64,000 bases of DNA from Schizochytrium sp. TIO01 (taxonomy: Eukaryota; Protista; Bigyra: Labyrinthulomycetes). Below are positions 45,314 through 56,793 of the stretch, one piece after another. Location: contig SMSO01000034.1 of assembly GCA_004764695.1 (NCBI GenBank), forward strand, positions 248,001-312,000, in the 5' to 3' direction. Numbering within the stretch: the stretch's first letter is position 1; each line of letters starts with the position of its first letter. A model generated the notes under the pieces. It saw only the letters and a list, made by a program, of their open reading frames with translations, was not told where the DNA came from and made no database searches. The translations under genes and the position numbers were made by a program.

Positions 45314-47612
45314 TGCTGATTCGAGTTGAGATTATCGAATTGTCGGAATGGAATTGAATGAATGAATGAATGAATGAATGAATTCGGGGTCGTTGAGTTC
45401 GACTTGCGTGGATTCAAGAACTTGCGAAGAAGGTCTGGCCACCACGAGCTAGCGAGCTAGACGAGTATAGAAATCGGCAGCAAACACACGTCGTTGGGTC
45501 AACGACAAGCTGGCGAGCTGTTTTGGCAGTGCAGGGTTGTGCAACTAACCTGAGTTTCTTTGTGCAGCAGGGCAGACGGATGGATGGATGGAGAGATGAA
45601 CCAACCAACCAACCAACCCTGAGAGATGAACGACGGGTCGAAGCGAGTCGAGGGTGAAGATCCGGGGAGATTCACTGACGACGTATGACTTCCGCGCCAA
45701 GCCTGCTCACTCTGGCGAGCGAGCCGCGACCCGGGCCAGCCAAGCAAGCGAGCGAGGTCTGCAAGCTGCCAAAGCGAGCAAAACCAAGCTCCGCAGCCAG
45801 CCAACGAGATGCTCCGCTCGCGCTCTCTCGCCCTCCCTCCTACCATTTATCCTATCTGACTCCTACCCGTCCAACCACATTTCTTTTTCTTTCTCCTGAA
45901 AAAACAAACACAAACAAACAAAAGAAAACAAAAGAAAACCAAAGAAACCCAAAGAAAACAAACCAAACAATAAAAGAAAACCATAAAAGAAAACCAATCA
46001 AAAGAAGAACAACCGCGTTGTTAACAACAACAATAACAACAACAACAATAACAACAATAAATAACTTTTTCCAATTCAGCAATTATTAACCTAATCGGAA
46101 ACAAGCGACAAATTCTTCATATTTCTGACAAGTCAATCAGATATCCAGCCTCACTTCACTCTCGCAGAACTCGGAGGAAACCAACCCTCTGCTCCGACTC
46201 TCCAACGGCGCTGCCCTTTCATTGATTCAATCAGTCCACCAATCAGTATCAATCAATCCATCAATCAATCCACAACAAATCAATCAATCAATAAACAAAT
46301 CAATCAATCAATAAACAAATCAATCAATCAATCATCAAATCATCTTTTCATCACTCTTATCAAAACTACGGTACTTTTCCCAAACAAAACAAACTAAACT
46401 CACTAAGACACCCTTAACAGCACATAGCGCATTAAAATCGTCTGGTTATTCTTGTTCGTTCGCACTCCTACCCGTTTACGCTAGCCGCCGCTAGCCTCCC
46501 CTCGCCCGCCATCTTTGCCTTCCACTGGAGCGGAGGCCGTCTTGCAGCAACGAGCGCCGCCTCAGGGCCGAACGCCGCCCCGGGGCCGCCGCTCCTGCCT
46601 CGCCGCGGGACCCTGCCTGCCGGCTTCGATGTCAGCCGCCCCCGCTTCTCGCGAGCCGCCGCCTCGTGCTGCAATCTCCGTCGGTTTCTGGTCTTTTCCG
46701 ATTCCCGCATCGAAGGCTCGCCGCAAAGAATATGACATTTTCATCCACCGGAGAACAGGCATTTGCCTATTGGCCCTAGCACGGTACCTTTATTGAGTAG
46801 TAAGATATCCGGTGCTAGTGGATGCCTAACGACGATAAAGAAAAAGTTTAAAAGAAACACCAAACCTTCAGAAAAAAAATGCGGTGCTACCGATGTGTAG
46901 CAACTACTATGCGCTAATAATTTTTTATTTTCATTTTAAATTAGAAAACATTTGTTCTTCGTATTTTGGCACTGCTATGATATATAATTATTTATATACA
47001 GAAAATGAAAAGGCGACCTAACGACGGGCGTCTTAAAATGTGCCTCAAAGCAGAGAAGCAGTGTCCGAAAAGCGAATTTGGCGTCCTAAAATGCCCTATC
47101 CAGGACTCAGGAAGGAATTGGGGGGAACTGTGCTTTCCATGCGCGACAAAGGCTTTCAAAGAGAGGGGCAGATACAGAGGATGCATTTCTATCATGATCA
47201 CCAGCATCATCAGTAGTGCTGAGCGCAATTCGCGCAATCCCTGAAAGAAGTGCAGTGCAGGTTATCATCTTTTCTTGACTCTTCACAGTTCTACTATCCT
47301 ACTATTGCAAAAAGTCAGTTTTTGTTTATTTACGATGTTGGTTTCATCATCTCAGCAGAACCGTGCGGTTCGCACTAGCACTGTGCTAGTATTTATGGTA
47401 CCCAGGGAGGCATTTACTGCAATGTTGCCCTCTATTGTTAACGGTAGAAAGCCCCATAGGACTGAGGCCACACCACATTTTGCATTTAATACTTAATAGT
47501 AGAAAGAAAAAAGGATTATCATGAATGATACGTCAACTTTCTATTTTCTACTTTCAATCAAAAATTAAAACGAAAAATAGATGATTCTGCTTAGTTTTAT
47601 TAGGTATACTTT

Positions 47613-47677
47613 ATAATAATAATAATAATAATTAATAATAATAATAATAATAATTATTATTATTATTATTATTATTA
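47613..47677. repeat. (AAT)n followed by (TTA)n, an inverted AT microsatellite
   Basis: ATAATAAT...AATTATTATTATT, which is self-complementary. Confidence 0.85.
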
Positions 47678-49483
47678 AAAACAAATAGACCCTATAGAAC
47701 TGGTATAGTAAAGGATAAGTGTATACATTAATTATTTTTTTAATTTTGTGTATAATGGAACAGCCATTATAAAGTATGTTAGTCCTTAAACTCTGCGAAG
47801 AATAAGCATAGCGGCGGTGGGCCTAGTTCCTGGCCGTAAGCGTTGGGCCTGGAGGGCCGCGAGAGGGACAGCCCGCACCGGCGTGGGGGGCGGCCTCACC
47901 AGCACTTCCTGCGCGGCCTCGGCACCCGTCCGTCGTTTTATTTGCCAGGACAAGCCGCCTCGAGCCCGCTCGTGAGCCTTTCTCGCAAAGCCCCATTCCA
48001 CTCCAGCGCCCACGAAGGGCTGCGAGGAGGGGGGTACACAGAGAGTTATCTATGCACATTCTGCATGGTTTATATGGTGCCAGTTCATTATGAGTTGCTA
48101 TTATAGATAAGAAAAGAGATCATATGGTGACCCCCAAGTACGGGGGCTATTTAAGGGACCTTTGAAGGGTCCAAAGTCCGGTAATGTGAACACGAACAAT
48201 GTGCTCAGTATATGAGTTCTTCCTAGGAGAACATCAATGAATCAGCTGAAGGTTATAGAATGCACCCATGGCCCTGCCGCGGAGATACTTAGTAATTAGC
48301 TCTATCGGGGCCTAGTCAGAGGTACGGCTAGTGCAAAACCCCATAGTTCTTCTGATGATAAGGAAAATCTCAGGTAGAGGTGTGTACCTAGCCTCATTTT
48401 CAGAGATTGATTGGGTAACACAAGTTGAAGTGCATTTGGGTCTACGAGTTGGAGATCGTGATGGCTTGGTGACACGACGGAGGCTCTTGAAAGAATGACC
48501 GTTACATTGTTTTTGTTTTTTGCTTTTTGTTTTTTGTTTTTTGTTTTTTGTTTGGGGGGGGGGTTGTCGACCGCGAATCGTCACGGAAGAGGCAATGTAC
48601 CGCATATGTTTTGTCCAAAACAAAAACTTACATGGATGCAGCAACAAAAAAACTGCTTTGCAAGGTGGGTATGGCTGCTTTTCTATGCACAGAACAAATT
48701 TGAAAACCTATGTAGTCAACCTCCTCCTTTTGATGACCTTCCTTTTTGCAAATAGGGCAACGTTATCATTAAAAATAAAGCTGTAATCAAGACAAAACAG
48801 AAACAATAGTTACGATAAATTGATTAATTGATGAATTTATGTCATGTGGCTTTCTTTTATTTGTTAAAACATCTAAAGGACAAATTTAGAAACTTGAGGA
48901 CCTGAATCGGCTATGCTCTCTTGACGACGGCTCGTATTCGTGTAGCAAGTAAGCTGTCTCGCTTCCCTTCGGTAACGCATAAGCACTGTTCCAGGAATGG
49001 GCTCCGTTTCGCAAAATCCTGAGGTACATGAAAACAAAGTTTTAGTTTCTTAATTAAAAAGAATTAAAATAGACTATAACAACAAATGGTTTTCTGTGAC
49101 TCCGGTTCCAAAAAACAGAACTAGTGGAAAGTGCAAAGACCAGTCGTAGGACGATCTTGAATTGTACGCAAAATGGAGATGTTACATCTTGAAGAAAGAG
49201 AGTAGGGCACGGTCGTGCCGACAGGTGAGAAGATCCATTTCAATCTACAATTTAGCAGAGAAAATTATTACCAATGCGAAGTTGAAAATCTCGGGGCTTC
49301 CTGCATGTTTGTGCGGAGCAGGTTCTTGCACTGATGCCAACCGGAAGTTTAAGACGTTTGTGCTACTCAGAGCATATGATCCTGCATTTACATGATTTAG
49401 AAAGCCAATGAAAGGACACATGATGACTTGTGAGCAACAGATAGGAGAGAAAGAAAACAATACATGCATCAAAGAATATAAGA

Positions 49484-52400
49484 CTACTGTTCTTCAGGTC
49501 GCACCAACTGCAATCTGTGTAGGTCACCTGTACCTTGTAAAAAACAAAAGAAATGGTCTTCGGCTCCTACGTAGCAGGCCACATTTGCCTCAAATGAGAA
49601 GCTTGCCTCGAATCCTCTTTGGACGTGTGGTCCAGAAACTGACCAACCGTTCGGAAATGTGCAGTCCTCCTGACTTAAACCTAAAGGAGGCGAACCTTCA
49701 TATCTTGAAAACTCTATCTTTCCCGAGATATTCCAGTGTTGATCCTTCAAACCAACATGCAACACGACACCTTTGTTGGTAAGCGCAAACAGTCCACTTT
49801 GATCATCTATGTACAACTCTTCAATAACATCTGGGTCATGGATGATAGTTTCCGCGTATTGTTTGTTTGATCGTTTCCAAATCCGAGTGGAATGATCCAG
49901 TGACGCAGATACTATAAAATCAGTGTTTGCTACAATACATTTTATAGCACCTTCCTGAGGTGGCCCAAGACTTCCCATAAAAGTGCCATCTTTACTATTC
50001 CACATACATACGTTACCTCTCTTATCACCGCTTAAAACAAGTTCTTCATGCAGACAGATGCAGCAAACATCACCAGAGTGCCTCTGCTGATTATGTGGAG
50101 ATAAACCCCGAGTGCAATTGTGCGAAACCGAAGTGAAAGCATACTTTGTAACCAAAATATGGCCATCCTCGTAACCAGCAGCTACATATCCTTGCTCATC
50201 AAGTGCCACACTCCATACTTCCTGCTCATACTCATCATATTCTTCAATTTGGCTACCTGAGTCTATTTCCCATAATCTCGCCTTCCCATCCGCTGCCCCA
50301 CTTAAGAGCCATACGTCCCCAGAGGGCATTGTCTGACACGCTAGAGAGTGTATCATCTTCCGTCTTCTGCCCATTGGCAAGTCTTTTGCGACAACATCAG
50401 GAATGCAACCCTCTGCATCATGCCATACAACCAGAGAGCCGTTTGATGTGCCTGCGAAAATCCACTTGCCTGAAACGCAGAATGATGTGCAGCTCAACAT
50501 GCGAGGGTGTTCGTCACAGCTAAATCCTAATGAGTAGGAAAAATCAAGTGTAGCACGGTTCCACACAAGAATCCGAAATTCTTGCGTTGCTACAACGATA
50601 CTGTTTTCGTTAATTCCGCAACCAAAAATTGTTCCCTGAACAGGAAACTTATGCTCACATGTTGAGGAGTCGAGTGATCGCACACACCACGTGGAGTCGT
50701 CGCGAGAAGAGGTCAATAGCACTGTGCTGTCCATTGCCATAGAGGAAACTCTAGATTGGTTATTATGCCACTCATGTTGCTTTGCTAAAGATTTAATGTC
50801 ATATACGTGCAGAAGTGACTCACCGTTACCATCAACTGCACATGCAAACCTTGACTCATGGATTGTGAGAGATGTCAATGGCGAATCGTAAGAATCGGCC
50901 AAAACTTTACGTTCCCTTCCTGTGGCCAGCGAATAAACAACCAATGACCCATTTTCCGAAGCTGCAATCAAAGTATTGTACTTGGAGGATATTACGAGTC
51001 CAGTTATCTTACCCTCGTGCGTACTATCTCTATTTGGAATTGAGTATAATAAAGGCTGCATGGCGTGGTAATCTTCCTCTAACATTTTAAGCTGAGAATA
51101 TTCGTTCTCCATTTTTGCACCTTCAATTAGTGGATGCTCGGATTTAAAATAATGCAATATTTGAGTACATAGCTCTCGGCAATCGTATGTAAGTGCTCTA
51201 GCCGTTCGTCGGAAAAAATTACCCATCTCAGATAAACTTTGGTGGGTATTCGCGTCTGGTTTATCGAAAGCGTCCTCTAACCATCCATAAATAGGCGCCT
51301 TGAGATGAACAATTGCAGTTTTAAGCCACTGGTAGTCGAGAAGATACGTTTCAACATCTTTCAATTGTTCAGCTCTCTTGAGATGAAATAGCACATGCGC
51401 AGCACAGAAGGAGTTTTGTTTTACATTGACCCCGTGAATGCAAGCTTTGGCCAACGTCTCATGGCCTCTTTGTTCACTGCAATTTATGTAATTAAGGAGA
51501 AGTTGCTTCACCCAATGGTCGTAAAATCGAAGAGCTTGATCAGACGAACCTGCGGCAACCCACGAGAATATGCTGTCCGGGAATTCTGCGAGAATCAACT
51601 CTTCGCTTGCCAGATGTAGAATGGAGATGACAGTATCAAATGGAATCGGCTCGCGCGCAACAAGAAGCGCACAGACGAGGTTCACCCGATTTTCACAGTT
51701 TTCACAGTGTGACTGGAACAGAAAATTGTCAAGAACACTCTGGTAGTATTCAGCTGGTTCTGATGATAAGCCTTGGTTGGCCGCGTGATGTACATTTGCT
51801 AGTCTTTCAGCACGAGCCATGTTTCCTTCACTCATTTGGGTAATTTCAGTTATACCTCTGCGAAGTCTTTCTGAATTAACTACACCCTGTTGGTCGAAGA
51901 TATAGCTAACAACATTTTCGATATCCTTTATGTTGCTCTCTGAGGTGGGCATGATTGGTTTAATCAAACATACCTGATCGTTAAGCATGCTATTGGGTTC
52001 ATCGCAAGAGGCAATGACGACTAGCCAAGGTGGCATCTCTTCTTTCCATCTGTGCGTCAATATATCAAGAAGATCCTCGAAGCCTTCAATGCCTGGATAT
52101 AGATTGTCAAAGACCACAATCAAACGTGGAGAAGTATTGGCTTGGGTAGACTGAAAAGGCTTTACAAGAAGTTTCTCAAAGATCTCTTGAAGAGATGTTT
52201 CCTCTATTCCAGCATTAACAAGGGCTTCATCCGCAGCCAGGGCATCTTTGAGATATTCAGGGAACAATTGATGCAACTGCTTCGCAATGCTGAGAAGTGC
52301 AAGCTTTGCACTTCTTAGTTGAATGTCTTCAGAATCGAAAAAATGGGCAGCCGCAACGCAAAATTTGTATCTACCTCCTGAGTCAGATCTCGATAAGCTC

Positions 52401-53200
52401 ATGCTTATTCGGAGGGATTGACGCTGGCTGACCCTTTCCGAGTTCCGAGTTCGATATTTTATAGCGGCGTCAAGATCAAAAAGGTGTCCAATTTGACTTA
52501 GAGCTGCGAGAAACGTGGATTTGCCGATACCATGCTCTCCGATAATGACACACAAGCCAGGTTCATTAGATTGTACCCAAGCCTGTACATCGCTTAGCAA
52601 CCAGACCCTTGTATTGGTTACGTACTTCTTCGCTTTAGCTTTGATTAAACCCAAAAAATTTAGCTGATTGATTCTACGAAGAGCGCTATCGTTGATTGGA
52701 TCAACGCCCCAACAAGATTTTACGTGACTTATTTGATCTGCGATTGAAGTTGCTGCCTCTTGCGCTTCAATGTCAGGGCTTGAAGATCCAATTGTATGTC
52801 GATACAAATGCAGCAAATGGTTAATCATGCTGAACTTCCTCCAATAAAGAGTATTTTGAAATTCTCTGTCTTGGGCTATTGGAATAACTTGCGATGGTCT
52901 GAAGAAAGATTTCATGAGATTGAATTCAAAACGGCAATATGTAAAATCATCCACATCGAGTTTTTCTGCATACTCGCGAGTCAGGAAAATAACCACAAAG
53001 GTACATTCCTGCATCCCATTTTTGATCATATTCTCCAAGGCACCCCCAATGAGGCTAGTTTGGTCCCTCCAAACGTTGATTCCATGATCATTTTCAAGAG
53101 CTGTTTCCACGGCCTCCACAAAAGGCTGATGTTCACGGGGCTTATATTCCGAGCCCCATGCATATGAGAAGAAGACCATGTCTGGTTCATCTGACAACAT
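49484..53200 (-). CDS. TIR-NACHT/STAND-WD40 NLR-like protein (paralog A)
   Basis: TIR: VFFSYAW...VWRD...VVIFLTREY...YCRFEF. Walker A GEHGIGKST; Walker B LIVVFDNL. APAF1/NWD-like helical region LLDYQWLK. Many WD40 repeats (LLSGAADGKARLWE, IVSASLDHSTRIWK). First ATG 53200; the track start 53239 is TTG. Confidence 0.92.
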   Translation of the reverse strand: MLSDEPDMVFFSYAWGSEYKPREHQPFVEAVETALENDHGINVWRDQTSLIGGALENMIKNGMQECTFVVIFLTREYAEKLDVDDFTYCRFEFNLMKSFFRPSQVIPIAQDREFQNTLYWRKFSMINHLLHLYRHTIGSSSPDIEAQEAATSIADQISHVKSCWGVDPINDSALRRINQLNFLGLIKAKAKKYVTNTRVWLLSDVQAWVQSNEPGLCVIIGEHGIGKSTFLAALSQIGHLFDLDAAIKYRTRNSERVSQRQSLRISMSLSRSDSGGRYKFCVAAAHFFDSEDIQLRSAKLALLSIAKQLHQLFPEYLKDALAADEALVNAGIEETSLQEIFEKLLVKPFQSTQANTSPRLIVVFDNLYPGIEGFEDLLDILTHRWKEEMPPWLVVIASCDEPNSMLNDQVCLIKPIMPTSESNIKDIENVVSYIFDQQGVVNSERLRRGITEITQMSEGNMARAERLANVHHAANQGLSSEPAEYYQSVLDNFLFQSHCENCENRVNLVCALLVAREPIPFDTVISILHLASEELILAEFPDSIFSWVAAGSSDQALRFYDHWVKQLLLNYINCSEQRGHETLAKACIHGVNVKQNSFCAAHVLFHLKRAEQLKDVETYLLDYQWLKTAIVHLKAPIYGWLEDAFDKPDANTHQSLSEMGNFFRRTARALTYDCRELCTQILHYFKSEHPLIEGAKMENEYSQLKMLEEDYHAMQPLLYSIPNRDSTHEGKITGLVISSKYNTLIAASENGSLVVYSLATGRERKVLADSYDSPLTSLTIHESRFACAVDGNGESLLHVYDIKSLAKQHEWHNNQSRVSSMAMDSTVLLTSSRDDSTWCVRSLDSSTCEHKFPVQGTIFGCGINENSIVVATQEFRILVWNRATLDFSYSLGFSCDEHPRMLSCTSFCVSGKWIFAGTSNGSLVVWHDAEGCIPDVVAKDLPMGRRRKMIHSLACQTMPSGDVWLLSGAADGKARLWEIDSGSQIEEYDEYEQEVWSVALDEQGYVAAGYEDGHILVTKYAFTSVSHNCTRGLSPHNQQRHSGDVCCICLHEELVLSGDKRGNVCMWNSKDGTFMGSLGPPQEGAIKCIVANTDFIVSASLDHSTRIWKRSNKQYAETIIHDPDVIEELYIDDQSGLFALTNKGVVLHVGLKDQHWNISGKIEFSRYEGSPPLGLSQEDCTFPNGWSVSGPHVQRGFEASFSFEANVACYVGAEDHFFCFLQGTGDLHRLQLVRPEEQ

Positions 53201-54256
53201 AATCGTTGTTAGGAGAGGTGTCGGAAAGTTCTGCACCAATGCACTCTGTAGTTGAACACAGTTTGACGCGCTAAATCAAGAAGAAAACTGTTCTCTTGAC
53301 ACTCTTCTTCAACGATTTGCCTGCTGGCTTGGCGGGCGAGTACTTCGTGACGGTCGCTATTTCACTATCGCCTACAGCAGGGGAGCAGGGAGGCAAACAT
53401 AGATAGCACGAAACGTCAGGACTGTCAAATCACGTGGGGGGAGCGCGTTATGCGCAGCAAGGGAGGTATATATCTATGAGCGTCGATGACACATCAAGAA
53501 GCGTGTTTACTTTTGCCATTTTTCAGAGTTTATGATGTTGCGATTTATTATTTATTATTTATTAGTTAATTAGAAACCCATAAAATGTAAACTAAAAACT
53601 AATTACTAATTACTAAAAAGTCGAGATTAAAATAAACTTTGACCTTCAAATTTGCTAATTCAAATTTAATTCTACAAAACAAACAAATATGTATAACTTT
53701 AAAACATTAATAAAGTTATAATTTTTTAATTTTTTTACCAAGTAGGAGTAGGGAATGTCGTGCACAAAAGGAAAAGAAAAGAAGAATAGACACCACTCCT
53801 ATTGTTGGGTAGAAGATCAAATCAAGCATATTACCTAGTTGACGTAAAGCCAATCATCTAAAGTATCCAGCGTTGATAAGAAATGATGGGGATGTGTAGT
53901 TAATTTTTGTCTGCTGATCCACTGTGCGAACAAATGCGCCAACGAAGTAGTATGGCTTGTTTATTCGATAAAGAACATGATATTGGCTGTTTTAGTATCT
54001 TTTAACGATGTCATTCAATGGGAATTCAGGGATCAAGTTAAGTCATCATGGAAAGCAGCTTCGGTAATAGAATCCTCCATTTGGAAAGGTTGAGTTCTCA
54101 CTTTGCTTAACCATATAATGGAATGCCTCTATCCTTGGGGGCCGTGGCAAGTTCAAATTTGAGAATGGACTGGAAACCTTCAACATCATTATGTTTATCT
54201 CAACAACGAAGGTCCTTCTTACCAATATAATTTCTGCGACCTTGGTTTCTACTCTT

Positions 54257-56338
54257 TTATTCCTCATCGTCAGACTCACTATCATCATCGGCGTCGTCAT
54301 CACTCCATTCCAATGGAGAATGCACAATAACATTCAAGCCATTCAATGAGTGCCTTTCTGCATTAATTGGCCGAAATGTTTGTGAGTCATGGCGCGACGG
54401 AGACGCTGATATCCCTTTGGAGCAGCTACAGTCACCGAGGCAGCCTCCTTCCTGCCCTCCACAGCTACATTGTGGATCGCACAGACACATCTCACGTTTT
54501 ATGTATTGCTCTTTAAGGCGCTTTCGCATCTCCTTCCGGAAGACAAGCTCATTCACAGCCTCATCCACATCTGATTTCTTACTTCTCACTATAGATCTGA
54601 CCCTGTCAAGCATCCAACGACTGACACCTCGCGCCTTTTCTGCATCCACTTTGTCTTCACCTTGGAGCGCTTCATTCAATGGTTGTTTTGATGTAAACGG
54701 CAAAAATCTTCTCTTAGGTTTCACGTTGCTCGAAACCGATGGCGGAAAAAAAGTAGAACTTGGAATTGCCTCGGCCAAGTCCTTAGTTAAAGTAAGGGTG
54801 TCAATCGCCTTATTTACCCTTTCTAGCAAGGCAGCAGCAGCAGCGTTGCTAAATTCCTCAATGCTTTCACGAAGGCGGCGCAAGACATATTTGATAAGTT
54901 CAATACTAACTTTCACCTCTGAGTAGCTTGCTACTTTACGATACTTTGTCGCGTGCTTCAGGGTATCTTCAAGAATTTCCACTGATGTTGCACGGGCTTC
55001 AACCATCGAACTAGAGGATTGGAGCGACCTCTGTGCCAGAAGCACACCATCCCGTACCTTTTCACGAGTTCGAATAGCACGTGTCTTTGGTGCACGATGC
55101 TTGCGCTTGGAACTAAGTGTGCGGTCTAAAACGAGATCAAGGCTAAGCTCATTAGAGCGCTCCATGTCTGCTCCCCGTCTTCTTCGAGGCCTCTCAGTGC
55201 ACAGCCTGGCTGTCAAGAAATGGTACGCAGGGGTCGGTGCTTCGCACGTTGAGTTGAGAAGAATCGGCACAGTAAACGTCCGAAGAGCGCCAAATTGTCC
55301 CTTTGGCAGAATCAGTTTGCAGGAGTCTTCATTTAAACTCTCCTTGATAAAGTCAGCCGGAAGTCTGTCCTCTAAACGCGCTTGGTCAATGGTAACCTCA
55401 TCCCTCCGTTCTTCTGGGACAATGATGTAAAGGGTGTTTAGCAAGTTGGGTCCTTTAACCTCGTCAGCATCTTCAATCTTTATATTCTCTTGGCCAGGCA
55501 CAGACATATAACCCCCCAAAACTTTTGTAAGTCTCTCAAAAAAAGCCTTTGCAAAAGTGTCACCATAAAGACCGATCGGGTATGCCCGAAGTTCAATCTG
55601 CATGAAAGTAAGGCTAGCCAAAGGGACAGGGTCACTATCCTCTTCTCCCTCTCCATCATCTTCTTCTCCGGGTGATCTGGCCGATGCATCTTCTGCTCGG
55701 GTATTTAAGTTTCGTAGATGCTTTGCCGCCAACTTCATTCTTTTGGCCGTTTGCAGGGTTTCTTCCGCGTCAAACACCTGACCATCACTCGTCACATGAA
55801 TCTCAAGCCTGGTTGAAGTGGCGATGTCGCTGTTTTTGGTCTTGTTGGTGAAGGCAACCTCTGCTTCACGAAGTTTGATGAACCCAGTGTTCATGTTGGT
55901 TCCACCGTAGATTCCTTGAGAGTTGACATTTGCGATCAATGCTTCTCTAGATGCTTTAGTAAGAAGTATAAATCCATTTGTGATATCCTCGGCCATAGAC
56001 CCAAAGCAGATTACCGCGCAGTAGATTGTTTGTTCATGCAAATCCAACGCCTCAATCCAAGTTTGAAACTGTTGCTTTGCTTGTACAGACTTTTCTCCGG
56101 CCATGCTGCCACTGAAGTCCATGATCCATGCTACAGCGTAGGAATCCCGAACGGAATATTTTGCGATTTCATAGGAGAAGCCAATCTCAAGTTCTTCTGG
56201 GCTCATTCCAGTTTGCTTGGGGTAGCTTATTTCAAACCTTGGGAATACATCATTCGAAGCATCTAGCGTGGTTTCTTTGTTACTCCTACGTGTGAATGAA
56301 TTCACTAGAGAAATCCGCCCAACCGTGCTGCGACTCAT
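54257..56338 (-). CDS. von Willebrand factor A (vWA) domain protein, paralog 1
   Basis: Intact MIDAS: IMDFSGSM, GGTNM, VTSDGQ. Followed by beta-rich and helical regions and a Cys-rich tail. Start uncertain: ATG 56338 favoured; the track start 56494 lies in a poly-A run. Confidence 0.88.
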   Translation of the reverse strand: MSRSTVGRISLVNSFTRRSNKETTLDASNDVFPRFEISYPKQTGMSPEELEIGFSYEIAKYSVRDSYAVAWIMDFSGSMAGEKSVQAKQQFQTWIEALDLHEQTIYCAVICFGSMAEDITNGFILLTKASREALIANVNSQGIYGGTNMNTGFIKLREAEVAFTNKTKNSDIATSTRLEIHVTSDGQVFDAEETLQTAKRMKLAAKHLRNLNTRAEDASARSPGEEDDGEGEEDSDPVPLASLTFMQIELRAYPIGLYGDTFAKAFFERLTKVLGGYMSVPGQENIKIEDADEVKGPNLLNTLYIIVPEERRDEVTIDQARLEDRLPADFIKESLNEDSCKLILPKGQFGALRTFTVPILLNSTCEAPTPAYHFLTARLCTERPRRRRGADMERSNELSLDLVLDRTLSSKRKHRAPKTRAIRTREKVRDGVLLAQRSLQSSSSMVEARATSVEILEDTLKHATKYRKVASYSEVKVSIELIKYVLRRLRESIEEFSNAAAAALLERVNKAIDTLTLTKDLAEAIPSSTFFPPSVSSNVKPKRRFLPFTSKQPLNEALQGEDKVDAEKARGVSRWMLDRVRSIVRSKKSDVDEAVNELVFRKEMRKRLKEQYIKREMCLCDPQCSCGGQEGGCLGDCSCSKGISASPSRHDSQTFRPINAERHSLNGLNVIVHSPLEWSDDDADDDSESDDEE

Positions 56339-56713
56339 TGCGCTGGTACTACAAAGCAAATATCTACGATTGCTAAGGGTTGTTTTTTGGTTTTGCTGTA
56401 CCATCGCCTTCTCAATTTTTTTCATTGGAAAAAGGATGCTTCGCCACAATGCTTCTTTACTTTTTTTTCTTTTTTTTTTTTCTTTTTTTTTCAAATTTTA
56501 AAGAGAGAGGATTAAAAGGCCAAAATAAAAGTTGTTTAATTAAAAATCCCATTCTTCAAAAGACATTTCAAAATCACTAATACGACTCTTTTACCTTAGC
56601 TTTTAACTTTAGTTAATTAAAATTTTTCTAAACTAAAAGATGGAGGTGTTATTTCATAGGACACGTATTATCATTCTTAAGTATTCTTTTTTTGATGAAA
56701 ATAAGAATCGTCT

Positions 56714-56793
56714 ATAAAAAAGTGTTTCTTTCAAGAACGTTTTCTGTGAGAGCATAAAAAAGTGTTTCTTTCAAGAACGTTTTCTGTGAGAGC
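56714..56793. repeat. Perfect 40-bp tandem duplication in the divergent vWA1/vWA2 spacer
   Basis: ATAAAAAAGTGTTTCTTTCAAGAACGTTTTCTGTGAGAGC at 56714 and 56754. Confidence 0.95.

Noticed and set aside
43682-45319. Long plus-strand ORFs overlapping purF, and ORF 40138-40527 over the NDUFA4-like gene
   Set aside because: Antisense shadows caused by strong GC3 codon bias.
56339-56494. N-terminal extension of vWA1 in the ORF track
   Set aside because: It begins at TTG inside a poly-A run and is probably UTR. Other non-ATG track starts (53239, 23871, 18530, 12792) were likewise moved to the first ATG.
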